The notes under the pieces are model-generated. The model was not told where the DNA came from, made no database searches, and worked only from the letters and a program-made list of their open reading frames with translations. From a bacterium (GTDB lineage Bacteria > CAYTYR01 > UBA6262), in assembly GCA_028712895.1 (NCBI GenBank), contig JAQTPL010000006.1:239-64238 (forward strand): DNA of 64,000 bases. Direction: 5' to 3'. Position 1 is the stretch's first letter. Each line of letters opens with the position of its first letter. The position numbers were made by a program, and so were the translations under genes. This document shows positions 37,173 to 46,580 of this stretch, one piece after another.

Positions 37173-38176
37173 AACCCTCCCTTTACTACTATTGAATATA
37201 AACTTAAGGCTTTCCAGAAAAGCATAGCCAGCAACCCGGTCACGGGAATAGTCACCAACCAGGCAATAAGAATATGCCGCGCTACCCGCCAACTGACCTT
37301 ATTAAATCTCTTAGCCACACCGGCACCTACTAAACCGGAACTTATAACCTGGCTAGTGGAAAAAGTTCCTCCCCATAAAGCTGAAGCCAGGATCACGATG
37401 CTGGTCGTAACCTGGGTAGTTACTGAATCAAGCGGCCTTATCTTTAACAGCCTACGGTTAAACGTTTTAGCAATGCGCCAGCCGCCAGCTAGAATACCGA
37501 GGACGATCAAGGAAACCGAAACTGCTACCACCCACAAAGGGATAGACAGGTCGCTTTGATATCCAAAAGCAGCCAGGATCATCACCAGGACAGCCATTGT
37601 TTTTTGCGGCTCAGTAGCCCCATGCAAGATGCTGGTAACCGCTACAGTCAAGAGCTGCAATTTACTTAATGCTCGGTTTACCTGGGGCGTAGCCCAACGT
37701 AAACAGAATAATTCAAGATGCATTAAGGTATAACTTAACAAAGCGCTGACCACTGGCGTGGCCAGTAAAATAATAATGATCTTGCCAAAAGCATCATAGG
37801 AAATACCCTGCCAACCATAAGCGACAATGATCGCCCCGGCTAATCCGCCAACCAGGGCATGCGCGGAAGAGGTAGGAATGCCTATGGAGATGGTTATTAT
37901 TTTCCAGATAACCGCAGCGCCCAGCGCGGCCAGTATTATAGCCGGGGTAACGGCGAATAAGCTCAAGCTGGTAATGCTGTGGACTATCCGCATGCCGACA
38001 TAATAAATAATAAAAATCCCGCATAATTCAAAAAAACAGACTAACATAACAATACGCACGGGAGCTAGGAAATGAGTGGAAACAAAAGTGCCAATTATGC
38101 TGCCGCCGTCATTATAGCCATTTAAGATATCATAAATGACAGTTAGAATGATCGCAATCCAAAACAACCAAGCCAT
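37163..38176 (-). CDS. pit: Inorganic phosphate transporter, PiT family
   Basis: 337 aa polytopic. N-terminal NGYNDGGS (GxND-type PiT motif). Confidence 0.82.
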   Translation of the reverse strand: MAWLFWIAIILTVIYDILNGYNDGGSIIGTFVSTHFLAPVRIVMLVCFFELCGIFIIYYVGMRIVHSITSLSLFAVTPAIILAALGAAVIWKIITISIGIPTSSAHALVGGLAGAIIVAYGWQGISYDAFGKIIIILLATPVVSALLSYTLMHLELFCLRWATPQVNRALSKLQLLTVAVTSILHGATEPQKTMAVLVMILAAFGYQSDLSIPLWVVAVSVSLIVLGILAGGWRIAKTFNRRLLKIRPLDSVTTQVTTSIVILASALWGGTFSTSQVISSGLVGAGVAKRFNKVSWRVARHILIAWLVTIPVTGLLAMLFWKALSLYSIVVKGGLWV

Positions 38177-38192
38177 TTAAACTCCAGATACT

Positions 38193-38293
38193 GGGTCACT
38201 AAGAAGTGTCAAGAAAGAGTATCACTAAAGAGGGTCAAGAAATTATAGCAATAACTTTGACACTGTTTTCACTGTGACCCTGTTCATTGATAC
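38193..38293. repeat. Intercistronic word hairpin, GTCA family (copy 2)
   Basis: Left arm GGGTCACTAAGAA GTGTCAAGAAAGA GTATCACTAAAGA GGGTCAAG; right arm TTTGACACTG TTTTCACTG TGACCCTG TTCATTGATAC. Shares GTCACTAAAGAGTATCA, AGAGGGTCA and CTTTGACAC strings with 29623-29710. Confidence 0.7.
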
Positions 38294-38298
38294 TTTTT

Positions 38299-39474
38299 TT
38301 ACATGATTTCCCGCAAAAAGCTGGTCCCGTTGGCTAACGGCCCCACCTGGCAATAGGCGGCAATGGTTTGGCCGACATCAGCAAAAGTAGCCCTTGTTCC
38401 CAAATTGATATTTTTCTTTACTTGTTTCCCGTATACCAGCAAGGGTACATATTCCCGGGAATGATCAGTACTGGGAGTAGTCGGATCACAGCCATGATCA
38501 GCCGTGACTATGAGCAGATCCTCATCCAACATTTGCTGGATGACCAGTGAGAGGCCTTGATCAGCTGTCCTCAAGGCCTGGGCATAACCGTTCACATCAT
38601 TGCGATGCCCATACATCATATCAAAATCCACCAAGTTTACAAAGATCAAGCCTGCTCTGCCAGCAGTCCGGTGCATGGCGGCCTGAGTAGCCTCCAAACC
38701 AGTAATATTATCCCTAGTATGTATACTATCAGTTAAACCCTGCCCGGCAAAAATATCTTCTATCTTTCCTATCCCGCTGCTGAGCTGGCCGTTTTGCTGC
38801 AATAAATCTAATATCGTAGGCATGGGCGGCTTCAGGGAATAATCTTTCCGGTTGGCGGTTCTGCAGAAATTTGTGCTGTCTGTACCAATAAAAGGTCGGG
38901 CGATCACCCGGCCAACAGCATGGGTTCCGGTCAGTAATTCCCTGGCCTGCAGGCAAATAGAATATAACTTCGACAAGCCAAACTTTTGTTCATGGCAAGC
39001 TATTTGGAAAACGCTGTCTGCCGAGGTATAGACGATGGGATAGCCGGTCCGCAGGTGTTCTTCGCCAACTTGTTTGATGATCTCTGTGCCGCTGGCCGGA
39101 ATATTGCCGATTACTTTAGTCCCGATATTCTTTTCAAAGGCATTAATAATTTCCTGGGGAAAGCCATGAGGATATACAGGGAAAGGTTGGCGCAAGATCA
39201 AGCCAGCCAATTCCCAATGACCAGTCGTAGTATCTTTGCCGGGTGACGATTCAGCCATTCTACCATAGCAACCGTTTATATCTTTCGTCCGGGAATGCCT
39301 CAAATCAACCAGTTCTCCCAATCCCAATCCTTCTAACACCGGAAGATCAAGCTGGCCTATAGCTTTGGCCAAATTCCCCAGGGTATTAGAGCCCTGGTCC
39401 TGATAAAGGGGGGCATCCGGCAACTCGCCAATGCCGACACTATCCAAAATGATAAGAACAACCCGATGGGCCAT
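38299..39474 (-). CDS. deoB: Phosphopentomutase
   Basis: 391 aa. [17 protein letters not shown]...TTTGHWE...[10 protein letters not shown] metal-site motifs. Confidence 0.93.
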   Translation of the reverse strand: MAHRVVLIILDSVGIGELPDAPLYQDQGSNTLGNLAKAIGQLDLPVLEGLGLGELVDLRHSRTKDINGCYGRMAESSPGKDTTTGHWELAGLILRQPFPVYPHGFPQEIINAFEKNIGTKVIGNIPASGTEIIKQVGEEHLRTGYPIVYTSADSVFQIACHEQKFGLSKLYSICLQARELLTGTHAVGRVIARPFIGTDSTNFCRTANRKDYSLKPPMPTILDLLQQNGQLSSGIGKIEDIFAGQGLTDSIHTRDNITGLEATQAAMHRTAGRAGLIFVNLVDFDMMYGHRNDVNGYAQALRTADQGLSLVIQQMLDEDLLIVTADHGCDPTTPSTDHSREYVPLLVYGKQVKKNINLGTRATFADVGQTIAAYCQVGPLANGTSFLREIM

Positions 39475-39476
39475 CT

Positions 39477-40421
39477 TTATCCTTTTCTAGCTAATACTTT
39501 TTTAGCTGCAGCAACAATATCAATATCTTTTAAATGGAAAAAACGCATCAGCTCTTCCGGAGCGCCTGAGGTCCCAAAGGTATCATTCACTCCAATCATT
39601 TCCAGCGGCACCGGATAATTTTTTACGACTACTTCACTCACGGCACTGCCCAGTCCGCCATAAATCTGATGCTCCTCAGCGGTAACGATGGCTTTTGTTT
39701 CCCGGGCAGCCTGAATAATTATTTTTTCATCCAGAGGTTTTAAACTATGTATATTGATAACTCTAGCTTTGATATTTTCCTTTTCGAGTAATAAGGCGGC
39801 TTGTAATGATTCCGCCACCAGGCTGCCGCAGGCAATGATCGTTACGTCCTGTCCTTCTTTCATCAGTAATCCCTCTCCCGAAATAAATTTAGTTTCCGGA
39901 GTGGTGAGCACAGGGACAGGTTCCCGGCCCAATCTAATATAAACCGGGCCCTTCATCTCGGCTGCAGCCAGAGTCGCTTTCTTAGCTTCGAAAAAGTCAC
40001 AGGGTACAAATACGGTTAAATTCGGCAAAATCCTGGTTAAAGCAAATTCTTCCAAAGCCTGGTGACTGGCGCCATCAGGCCCGGTCAGTATCCCGCCGTG
40101 CGATCCGCCTATCTTCACATTAAGATTGCTATAACAAATCGTGGTACGCAGTTGCTCCCAGGCCCGCCCGCTGGCAAAAATAGAATAGGTGCTGGCAAAA
40201 GGGATCTTGCCGGTAAGACTCAGCCCGGCAGCTAAGCCCAAGAGGTTTTGTTCCGCTATACCGACATTGAAAAACCTTTCGGGAAATTTCTTTTTAAAAA
40301 GTTCGCTGGATGTGGAACGGCTTAAATCCGCATCAAGCACGACAATATTTTTGTTGGTAGCGCCCATTTCTATTAAAGCCTCTGAATAGCCATACCTGGT
40401 TGCTTTCTTCTCCATTTGCAC
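39477..40421 (-). CDS. Transketolase, C-terminal (pyrimidine-binding) subunit
   Basis: 314 aa, GTG start. [18 protein letters not shown]...[19 protein letters not shown] pattern. Confidence 0.9.
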   Translation of the reverse strand: MQMEKKATRYGYSEALIEMGATNKNIVVLDADLSRSTSSELFKKKFPERFFNVGIAEQNLLGLAAGLSLTGKIPFASTYSIFASGRAWEQLRTTICYSNLNVKIGGSHGGILTGPDGASHQALEEFALTRILPNLTVFVPCDFFEAKKATLAAAEMKGPVYIRLGREPVPVLTTPETKFISGEGLLMKEGQDVTIIACGSLVAESLQAALLLEKENIKARVINIHSLKPLDEKIIIQAARETKAIVTAEEHQIYGGLGSAVSEVVVKNYPVPLEMIGVNDTFGTSGAPEELMRFFHLKDIDIVAAAKKVLARKG

Positions 40422-40434
40422 TCCTATAAAAATA

Positions 40435-40521
40435 GTCCTCGAGTCTTCGAGTCTGGCTTAAATATTATAATTAAAACAATTCTTTGGACCCGCGGACTCG
40501 TGACCCGGGACCCGCAGACTG
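40435..40521. repeat. Intercistronic word hairpin (GTCNNCGA / GACCCG words) between the two transketolase genes
   Basis: Left arm GTCCTCGA GTCTTCGA GTCTGG (40435-40456); AT-rich centre AATATTATAATTAAAAC; right arm GGACCCGC GGACTCGT GACCCGG GACCCGC AGACTG (40486-40521) abutting the tktN stop. CGAGTC/GACTCG and GGTC/GACC pair. Confidence 0.65.
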
Positions 40522-41331
40522 TTACTCTAGTTCCTTGAGGGCTTGGGCCGTTAATTCCTTATTTGGCGCTTTACCATGCCACTCTTCCCGGTCTTCCATG
40601 AAACTTACACCTTTACCTTTTACTGTACGCGCGATGATCGCGGTTGGTTTTTCTTTGGTCTTAGCGGCTGTGGCATAAGCTTCCAGTATCTGTTTAAAAT
40701 CATGCCCTTCTATTTCTATGGTCTGCCAGCCAAAAGCTTTAAATTTATCCACGATCGGATAGACATTCATTACATCTTTGATCCTGCCGTCAATTTGCAG
40801 GTCATTATTATCAACGATACAGCAAAGGTTATCCAACCGATAATGACCAGCGCTCATCGCGGCTTCCCAAATTTGTCCTTCCTGCAGCTCCCCATCTCCG
40901 ACCAGGCAATAGACCCGAACATCACTCTGATCAAGCTTAGCCCCCAGTGCTATCCCAGTCGCTACCGATAGCCCCATGCCTAATGAACCAGTGGATACTT
41001 CTACCCCGGCCAGGTCCTGGCAACTAGGATGTCCTTGTAAACAACTGCCAAGCTTGCGCAAAGTTAAAAGTTGTTCCAGCGGGAAATACCCTAATTCAGC
41101 CAGGCAGGCATATAAGACCGGGGCACAATGCCCCTTGGAAAGAATAAAACGGTCCCGGCCCGGCCAGCGAGGGGCTTGCGGCTGTTGCCGCAGGATATTA
41201 AAAAATAAAGCGGTCATCAGGTCGGTGGCTGAAAGTGACCCACCGGGATGACCGCTGCCTGCTGCCCCCAGCATTTTTATTATATCCTGTCTGATCTTCT
41301 TAGCTTGATCCTTTAATTGTGCTATCTCCAA
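40522..41331 (-). CDS. Transketolase, N-terminal (TPP-binding) subunit
   Basis: 269 aa, TTG start behind GGGGG. GSGHPGGSLS...LSKGH...VGDGELQEGQIWEA TPP motif. Confidence 0.9.
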   Translation of the reverse strand: MEIAQLKDQAKKIRQDIIKMLGAAGSGHPGGSLSATDLMTALFFNILRQQPQAPRWPGRDRFILSKGHCAPVLYACLAELGYFPLEQLLTLRKLGSCLQGHPSCQDLAGVEVSTGSLGMGLSVATGIALGAKLDQSDVRVYCLVGDGELQEGQIWEAAMSAGHYRLDNLCCIVDNNDLQIDGRIKDVMNVYPIVDKFKAFGWQTIEIEGHDFKQILEAYATAAKTKEKPTAIIARTVKGKGVSFMEDREEWHGKAPNKELTAQALKELE

Positions 41332-41354
41332 AATAACCCCCTAAAATACAATCA

Positions 41355-41442
41355 GTTTTAAGTTTTGAGTTATAAGTGTTGAGTTATGGTTAAGATCTTC
41401 TATAATATGCTTACCTTAATTCAAAACTCAAAATTCAAATTT
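41355..41442. repeat. Intercistronic heptad-word hairpin, GTTTTGA family (copy 1)
   Basis: Left arm GTTTTAA GTTTTGA GTTATAA GTGTTGA GTTATGG; right arm CCTTAATTCAAAACTCAAAATTCAAATTT. The loop carries TATAATATGCTTACCTTAA, which is also conserved in 60590-60686. Confidence 0.75.
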
Positions 41443-41448
41443 ACCTGT

Positions 41449-41490
41449 CCCCGCGTCTTTGATTTGTCCCGTAGGGCAAATCAGCAGGGG
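41449..41490 (-). terminator. GC-rich hairpin after the response-regulator gene (terminator-like, no clear U-run)
   Basis: CCCCGCGTCTTTGATTTGTCCC GTA GGGCAAATCAGCAGGGG: inner GATTTG(T)CCC/GGGCAAATC and outer CCCCGC/GC(A)GGGG pairing. Confidence 0.35.
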
Positions 41491-41503
41491 ATAACTGCTT
41501 TTC

Positions 41504-41869
41504 TTAGCCCAGGATCTTCTTCACGCGATCCATTAATTCCTGCGGATGAAAAGGCTTGACGATATAATCCATCGCCCCTAATTCCAGGCTTTTAGCGACA
41601 TCACCTTCCTGCCCGAGCGCGCTTAACATAACCACGGGTATCTGCCTGGTGCTTTCATTTTCCTTTAATCTTCTGGTGGCCTCATTACCATCGATCACCG
41701 GCATCATGATATCCATCAAAATGAGATCTGGGTTTTCCTGGATCGCCAGTTTAACCCCTGCTTCTCCTTCATTAGCGCTGACTACGGTGAAAGCGTTCTT
41801 CTCCAGCAAATACCGCACCATTTTTACCACGCCAGGTTCATCATCAACGATCAAAACCTTTTTGCTCAT
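41504..41869 (-). CDS. Stand-alone receiver-domain response regulator (CheY-like)
   Basis: 121 aa. KVLIVDDEP...PDLILMDIMMPVIDG...VVMLSA...YIVKPF. Confidence 0.9.
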   Translation of the reverse strand: MSKKVLIVDDEPGVVKMVRYLLEKNAFTVVSANEGEAGVKLAIQENPDLILMDIMMPVIDGNEATRRLKENESTRQIPVVMLSALGQEGDVAKSLELGAMDYIVKPFHPQELMDRVKKILG

Positions 41870-41887
41870 AATCTCACTCCTGTTTAT

Positions 41888-43894
41888 TTAGTTTTTTGGC
41901 AAAGTGAAAATGAATTTTGCCCCATTTCTGTTTCTTTTATCCCAGCTGAAAACCTCTTTATCCATAACCGGGCTTTCAACCCAGATCTTACCCCCGTGCA
42001 ACTCAACCAGCAGCTTGGAGATGGCCAAACCCAAGCCTGTCCCTATCACATGTTCAGCTTTGGCTTTAGCGGACCGGTAAAAACGGCCAAACATGTAGGG
42101 CAAGTCTTTCTCTTCTATACCGTAACCATTATCGATCACCTGCACTTCCAGGAATTTCCCAGTGTCTTTAAAGCCTATGATCACTTCTCCCTGATCAGGA
42201 GTATACTTAATGGCGTTGGTCAGTAAGTTAGTCAGGATTTGGGTCAGCTGGTTCTCATCAGCCAGGATAGCAGCCAATGGTTCTGCCGGAGGCAGGACAG
42301 TTACCCGTAATTTTTTCTCAATGATGGCCAGGCGCAGATTATGCAAAACCCCATGCACTGTTTTTTCAAGGTCCAACGGCGCTTTTTTCAATTCCACTTT
42401 GCCGGCTTCTATTTTAGACAGGTTTAATAAATTATTTATCAAATCTACCAGGCGTCTGGTATTCTGGCTAATGATCTCCATGAATTCTTTCTGGGTGGCA
42501 TTCAAAACCCCGGGTTCGCCCTGCACCAGCAGGTCGGTAAACCCCAGGATACTGGTCAATGGCGAACGCATTTCATGGCTGACCATGGCGATGAAGTCAC
42601 TTTTTGCCTGGCTTAACTCTACTAATTTCTCATTAGCCTTTTTTAAATGTTCATTAGCCCGGGCCAGATCACCGGTAGCAATATTGACCTTTTCTTCCAG
42701 GTTTTTGCTGAATTGCTGCGTCTGCTCATAAAGTTGCGCATTCTGCAGCACTACGGCCAACTGCCGGGCAAAAGCCATCAGGAAGTCAACCCTGTCCGGT
42801 GGGAAAGCTGCCCGGTTACTTGAGTTGATATTTAATACTCCTAATTTGCGGTCACCGATCAGGAGCGGGATATTGACCATAACCGCAATTTTTTCCTGGC
42901 TTAAAAGAGCGGCCAGGCTACTTTCAGCCTGATTAAAATCACGGATCACTAAGGGTTCATTATACAGCAGAGCTTTTTGCGCCATGTCTTCCAATAAGAC
43001 AATGCCGTTAGCATTGACAAAAGCAGTGGATAAGCCTTGGGTGCTGCGCATTTTAAAAAGCCCATCATCACCAACCAGGAAAATACTGCATGAAGACCCT
43101 TGCAGTTTCTCTATACTCATAGCCATGACCAGGTCAATGATCAAGGTAATATCCAAAGCCGCGGTCACCGCCCGCGACATTTCGAATAATAAGGTCAACT
43201 GTTGCTGGTTTTCCTCAACCTGGGAAATCATCTGGTTAAACTGCGCCGCCAGATACCCCAACTCATCATTTCCTAATTTTTCTACCCGGGTAGACAGGTC
43301 ACCGTTCTGTACCCGGCGCATAGCCTGCAATATTTTCCCGATACGGTTAAAGATCATCTGCTCGGAAACAATGAACATCACCAGGCCCAGCAATATGATC
43401 CCCAGGATAACGACCAGGAAGAGCACTTGTTTGACACTAGTCGTTAGCTCATCAGCTACCCGGTTAAGAGAATACCAGATCTTAATCGTTCCGGTGCGCT
43501 CGCTTTTATAATATATTGGGATCTGTACTTCTAGGGCCCCGTTAAAATTCTCATCTTTTTTATTGCTATGGATAATCGGTTTATTTTTTACATCGGAGAG
43601 CAGAATATAGAGAACATCCTTATCACTGCTGATCTCCTGTACATAGCGTTTAAGAATAGCCATATCTGATTCTTTAATTCCCTGGCGACTGACCTTAGCC
43701 AGGAAACTGGCATAATTCTTGCTTTTTTTACTGATATCGTCAGTGACTACCTGCCTGACCTGGTTGACCATAATAAACCCGATCAACATCATCAGTGGTA
43801 TTAAAACCAGCATCAAGGCAGCGACAAACTTAAAGCCCAGGGTAAACCTGATTTTTGACCTAACCTTTATATTCGTTTCATTATGCATGATCAC
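41888..43894 (-). CDS. Sensor histidine kinase (2 TM + HAMP + GAF + HisKA + HATPase)
   Basis: 668 aa. HAMP (RRVQNGDLSTRVE), GAF-like middle, H-box MVSHEMRSPLTSI, N/G boxes NLLTNAIKYTP, DNGYGIE, GTGLGLAISK. Confidence 0.9.
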   Translation of the reverse strand: MIMHNETNIKVRSKIRFTLGFKFVAALMLVLIPLMMLIGFIMVNQVRQVVTDDISKKSKNYASFLAKVSRQGIKESDMAILKRYVQEISSDKDVLYILLSDVKNKPIIHSNKKDENFNGALEVQIPIYYKSERTGTIKIWYSLNRVADELTTSVKQVLFLVVILGIILLGLVMFIVSEQMIFNRIGKILQAMRRVQNGDLSTRVEKLGNDELGYLAAQFNQMISQVEENQQQLTLLFEMSRAVTAALDITLIIDLVMAMSIEKLQGSSCSIFLVGDDGLFKMRSTQGLSTAFVNANGIVLLEDMAQKALLYNEPLVIRDFNQAESSLAALLSQEKIAVMVNIPLLIGDRKLGVLNINSSNRAAFPPDRVDFLMAFARQLAVVLQNAQLYEQTQQFSKNLEEKVNIATGDLARANEHLKKANEKLVELSQAKSDFIAMVSHEMRSPLTSILGFTDLLVQGEPGVLNATQKEFMEIISQNTRRLVDLINNLLNLSKIEAGKVELKKAPLDLEKTVHGVLHNLRLAIIEKKLRVTVLPPAEPLAAILADENQLTQILTNLLTNAIKYTPDQGEVIIGFKDTGKFLEVQVIDNGYGIEEKDLPYMFGRFYRSAKAKAEHVIGTGLGLAISKLLVELHGGKIWVESPVMDKEVFSWDKRNRNGAKFIFTLPKN

Positions 43895-44687
43895 CTTGAC
43901 TATAACCCTGATAATTCCAGGAAGCCTGGGTATATTTCCCCGCCGCTAATCGCCGGGCCAGCAGCAGCTCTGCCGCAGACAAATTGCCGGGCACAAAGTT
44001 GAGCTGTAACTCTGAGGCAAAACTTTGCTGGAAAACAGTACTGATCTCGGCTAAACTTATTTTTTGCTGCAGTACTTCTTCCAGGCCAGCGGCTTGCTGC
44101 CAGAAAACTGGCTCTCCCGCAGTGCGTAAAATCAAAGACCCCTGCTGGAGAATGATATCACGATAACGGCGCTGGGCACTACCACAAACTTTTTTACCGT
44201 TAATAAGCAGGTCATACTTGGTCGGATTATTGAAACAGAAAAAGTGATTATCTTTCCCCGCAAAAACACTTTCTGTGAGATTGACTTGGACGCCCAGGGC
44301 TAACAAGGCTTTTTGAATACAGGTAGCGATCACCCGGAAATATTCAACAGCTTGGTGCCGGTCCCGCAAGTCCTGGCGGCTGAAAATCACGCTAAAGGTA
44401 AATTCCTGATCGTGCAGCACAAACCCGCCGCCAGTAGGCCGGCGGATAAGTTCAATATTGTTTTGGCCGCATAAATCAGCCAAGGCCTGGTCAATACGCT
44501 GGAAATATCCCAGACTGATAGTCCGTCTTTGCCAGGAATATATCCGGAGCGTGGAAAGACTGTCTCCCTTTACACGCTGGTGCAAGATAGCTTCATCCAC
44601 AGCCATATTCCAAGCGCCATCCTGCGGCTCATCTACTAATAATCGCCATACTTTTTTATTCGTGTAATTAGCTGGCATTAGAGTCAT
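43881..44687 (-). CDS. Lipoate-protein ligase/octanoyltransferase family protein (LplA/LipM-like)
   Basis: 268 aa. NMAVDEAIL...LRIYSWQRRTISLGYFQ...RRPTGGGFVLHD...GKKVCGSAQRR (BPL_LplA_LipB pattern). Lies adjacent to the gcv genes. Confidence 0.85.
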   Translation of the reverse strand: MTLMPANYTNKKVWRLLVDEPQDGAWNMAVDEAILHQRVKGDSLSTLRIYSWQRRTISLGYFQRIDQALADLCGQNNIELIRRPTGGGFVLHDQEFTFSVIFSRQDLRDRHQAVEYFRVIATCIQKALLALGVQVNLTESVFAGKDNHFFCFNNPTKYDLLINGKKVCGSAQRRYRDIILQQGSLILRTAGEPVFWQQAAGLEEVLQQKISLAEISTVFQQSFASELQLNFVPGNLSAAELLLARRLAAGKYTQASWNYQGYSQGDHA

Positions 44688-44692
44688 TCGTG

Positions 44693-46528
44693 TTATTTCT
44701 TTAAAAAGGCAAAATCGAGTACCATGTTCAAGTATTTGTATTGCTTGGGTACGCTTTCAAAGGAGATGTATTGCATGGGTATTTTTTCTTTATCGAATAC
44801 ACTATGGATAGAACGGACAAATTCTCCTTCGATCAAATTATTAGATGGCGGCGGCCCCATCCAGATTACCAGATCAATTCCCTGGCTGCGGCACAAATCT
44901 ACCATTTCGCTAAAATTCAGGTTTGAACTAGGAGCATAAGTCTGGGCAAAAGTTTTATCCAATTTGAATTTGATCTTATGTTTTTTAATGGTCTCGGCAA
45001 AATTCTTGATCATCTGGTCAAGTTCTTTGTCCTTACCGGTAGGATAAATATATCCGGTCCGCAAATTATGGGCATCGTCTCCCCTCCCCGCTGCCGCCGG
45101 CTGTGGAGGAGCCTGTTCTGAAGCAGGTAGCGGTTCCGGCGCAGGAGCTGGCTCTGACTCTATTATAGGCGGTGGTTCCGGCTCTGTTACCGGAGGTTCA
45201 TAGGCTGGTATTTCCGGTTCAACTACCTGTTCCGCTGGTTGTTCAGGAGCAGCGGGAGCTGCCTCAGATGCGCTCACGATCTCCACCGGCTGGGTCGGCT
45301 CAAAAATAATCTCTGTTTTCTCTTCAATGATCTGGGTTAAGCTCTCTTCCAGTGGTGCTAGGGTACTCATTTCTATGCCCGTAGTTTCTTCCGGCAGCAA
45401 GTCTTGCAGTAACTCTTCGGCTAAAGACTTGTTTATTTGCCGGTTAGTCAAAGAAGCGTAAGCCACGATACGGATCAGGAATCCTTCCAATTCGCGGATA
45501 TTTGATTTTAACTGTTCGGCGATAAAATACATTACTTCATCTTCAATCTGTACTTTGGTGCTGTCCGCTTTTGCTTTCAGGATCGCCACCCTGGTTTCCA
45601 AATTCGGCGACTGGATATCGGTGATCAAACCCCATTCAAAACGGGAGCGTAACCGCTCTTCCAATACGGAAATTTTCTTCGGCGGCTTGTCGCTGGCAAT
45701 AACAATCTGTTTATGGTCATCATAAAGAGCATTGAATGTATGATAAAACTCTTCTTGGGCGGCTTCAGCCTCGGATAAAAACTGCACATCATCGATCAGC
45801 AAAACATCTATTTTGCGGTATTTATTCCTGAACTCTATTATTTTGCCGTAACGGATCGCGTCTATTACTTCAGCCATAAACCGTTCAGCAGTAGTGTACA
45901 GTACCTTTGCCGTAGAATCATTTTCCAGCACAAAATGGCCAATGGCCTGCATCAAATGGGTCTTCCCTAATCCGACATCTCCGTACATAAACAGCGGATT
46001 ATATACCTTGCCCGGCATCTCGGCCACGGCCAAAGCAGCAGCCTTGGCAAAGTGATTGCTTTTCCCGACTACAAAAGTATCAAAGGTATAGCGCGGGTTT
46101 AAGCCTATTTCAGAAAACAAAGCTAGTTTCTGTTCTTCGGTCAATACTGGTTTGGTCGCTGTTTCAGCAATGGGAGAAGCAGCAATGGGAGCTGTTCCGG
46201 TAATCTCCCTGTTTATATCTTCATCAATTAAATTGTTTTCCTCTACCGGCGGTAAATATTTGGAAAAATCAAAATTGTCCGGACTTTCCTTAAAATCCTT
46301 CACTATCTCATATATTTTCTCCCGATCATCAACTTCCAGCTGATAGATATAAAATGACCAGTTGTAATCCTTCTCCCGCAAAGAGGTAGTCCTGCCGCAA
46401 CTGTAATTAAGCTTGGTTAGTACATTAGATAATTTAATGCCATCTTCCCTGTCGCCTTGCAGGACTATTTTCCAGCGGCTAGGATAATCAGCAGTAAAGC
46501 TTTCGACAAGGTCCCATTTTGTAATCAT
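44693..46528 (-). CDS. Chimeric protein: novel N-domain + DnaA-type AAA+ (domain III) + Pro/Glu-rich linker + novel C-domain; no DnaA domain IV
   Basis: 611 aa. [15 protein letters not shown], Walker [11 protein letters not shown], Walker [31 protein letters not shown] (DnaA domain III set). Residues ~405-480 are P/E/A-rich. Termini are homologous to ORF 51034..51966. GAGG SD lies before ATG 46528. Confidence 0.85.
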   Translation of the reverse strand: MITKWDLVESFTADYPSRWKIVLQGDREDGIKLSNVLTKLNYSCGRTTSLREKDYNWSFYIYQLEVDDREKIYEIVKDFKESPDNFDFSKYLPPVEENNLIDEDINREITGTAPIAASPIAETATKPVLTEEQKLALFSEIGLNPRYTFDTFVVGKSNHFAKAAALAVAEMPGKVYNPLFMYGDVGLGKTHLMQAIGHFVLENDSTAKVLYTTAERFMAEVIDAIRYGKIIEFRNKYRKIDVLLIDDVQFLSEAEAAQEEFYHTFNALYDDHKQIVIASDKPPKKISVLEERLRSRFEWGLITDIQSPNLETRVAILKAKADSTKVQIEDEVMYFIAEQLKSNIRELEGFLIRIVAYASLTNRQINKSLAEELLQDLLPEETTGIEMSTLAPLEESLTQIIEEKTEIIFEPTQPVEIVSASEAAPAAPEQPAEQVVEPEIPAYEPPVTEPEPPPIIESEPAPAPEPLPASEQAPPQPAAAGRGDDAHNLRTGYIYPTGKDKELDQMIKNFAETIKKHKIKFKLDKTFAQTYAPSSNLNFSEMVDLCRSQGIDLVIWMGPPPSNNLIEGEFVRSIHSVFDKEKIPMQYISFESVPKQYKYLNMVLDFAFLKK

Positions 46529-46580
46529 TTTTACCTCGCCTTTTCATAAAATTGAATTATGTTGCTGGCCATAAAAATAT

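Noticed and set aside
29623-38293. Word arrays (TTGAC[AC] on the minus strand) as stacked -35 boxes, or loops (TATAAT-like) as -10 boxes
   Set aside because: I could not find -10/-35 partners at 16-18 nt spacing in the correct order on either strand for the arrays checked by eye: the GTCA family (29623-29710, 38193-38293), the transketolase spacer array (40435-40521) and the GTTTTGA family (41355-41442, 60590-60686). Several arrays also lie between genes that are plausibly co-transcribed.
44693-46528. Reading the DnaA-like gene as the chromosomal initiator and the neighbourhood as oriC
   Set aside because: There is no domain IV and no dnaN/rpmH/gyrB context. I saw no cluster of TTATCCACA-like boxes or AT-rich unwinding region in the flanking 52-nt and 5-nt spacers.
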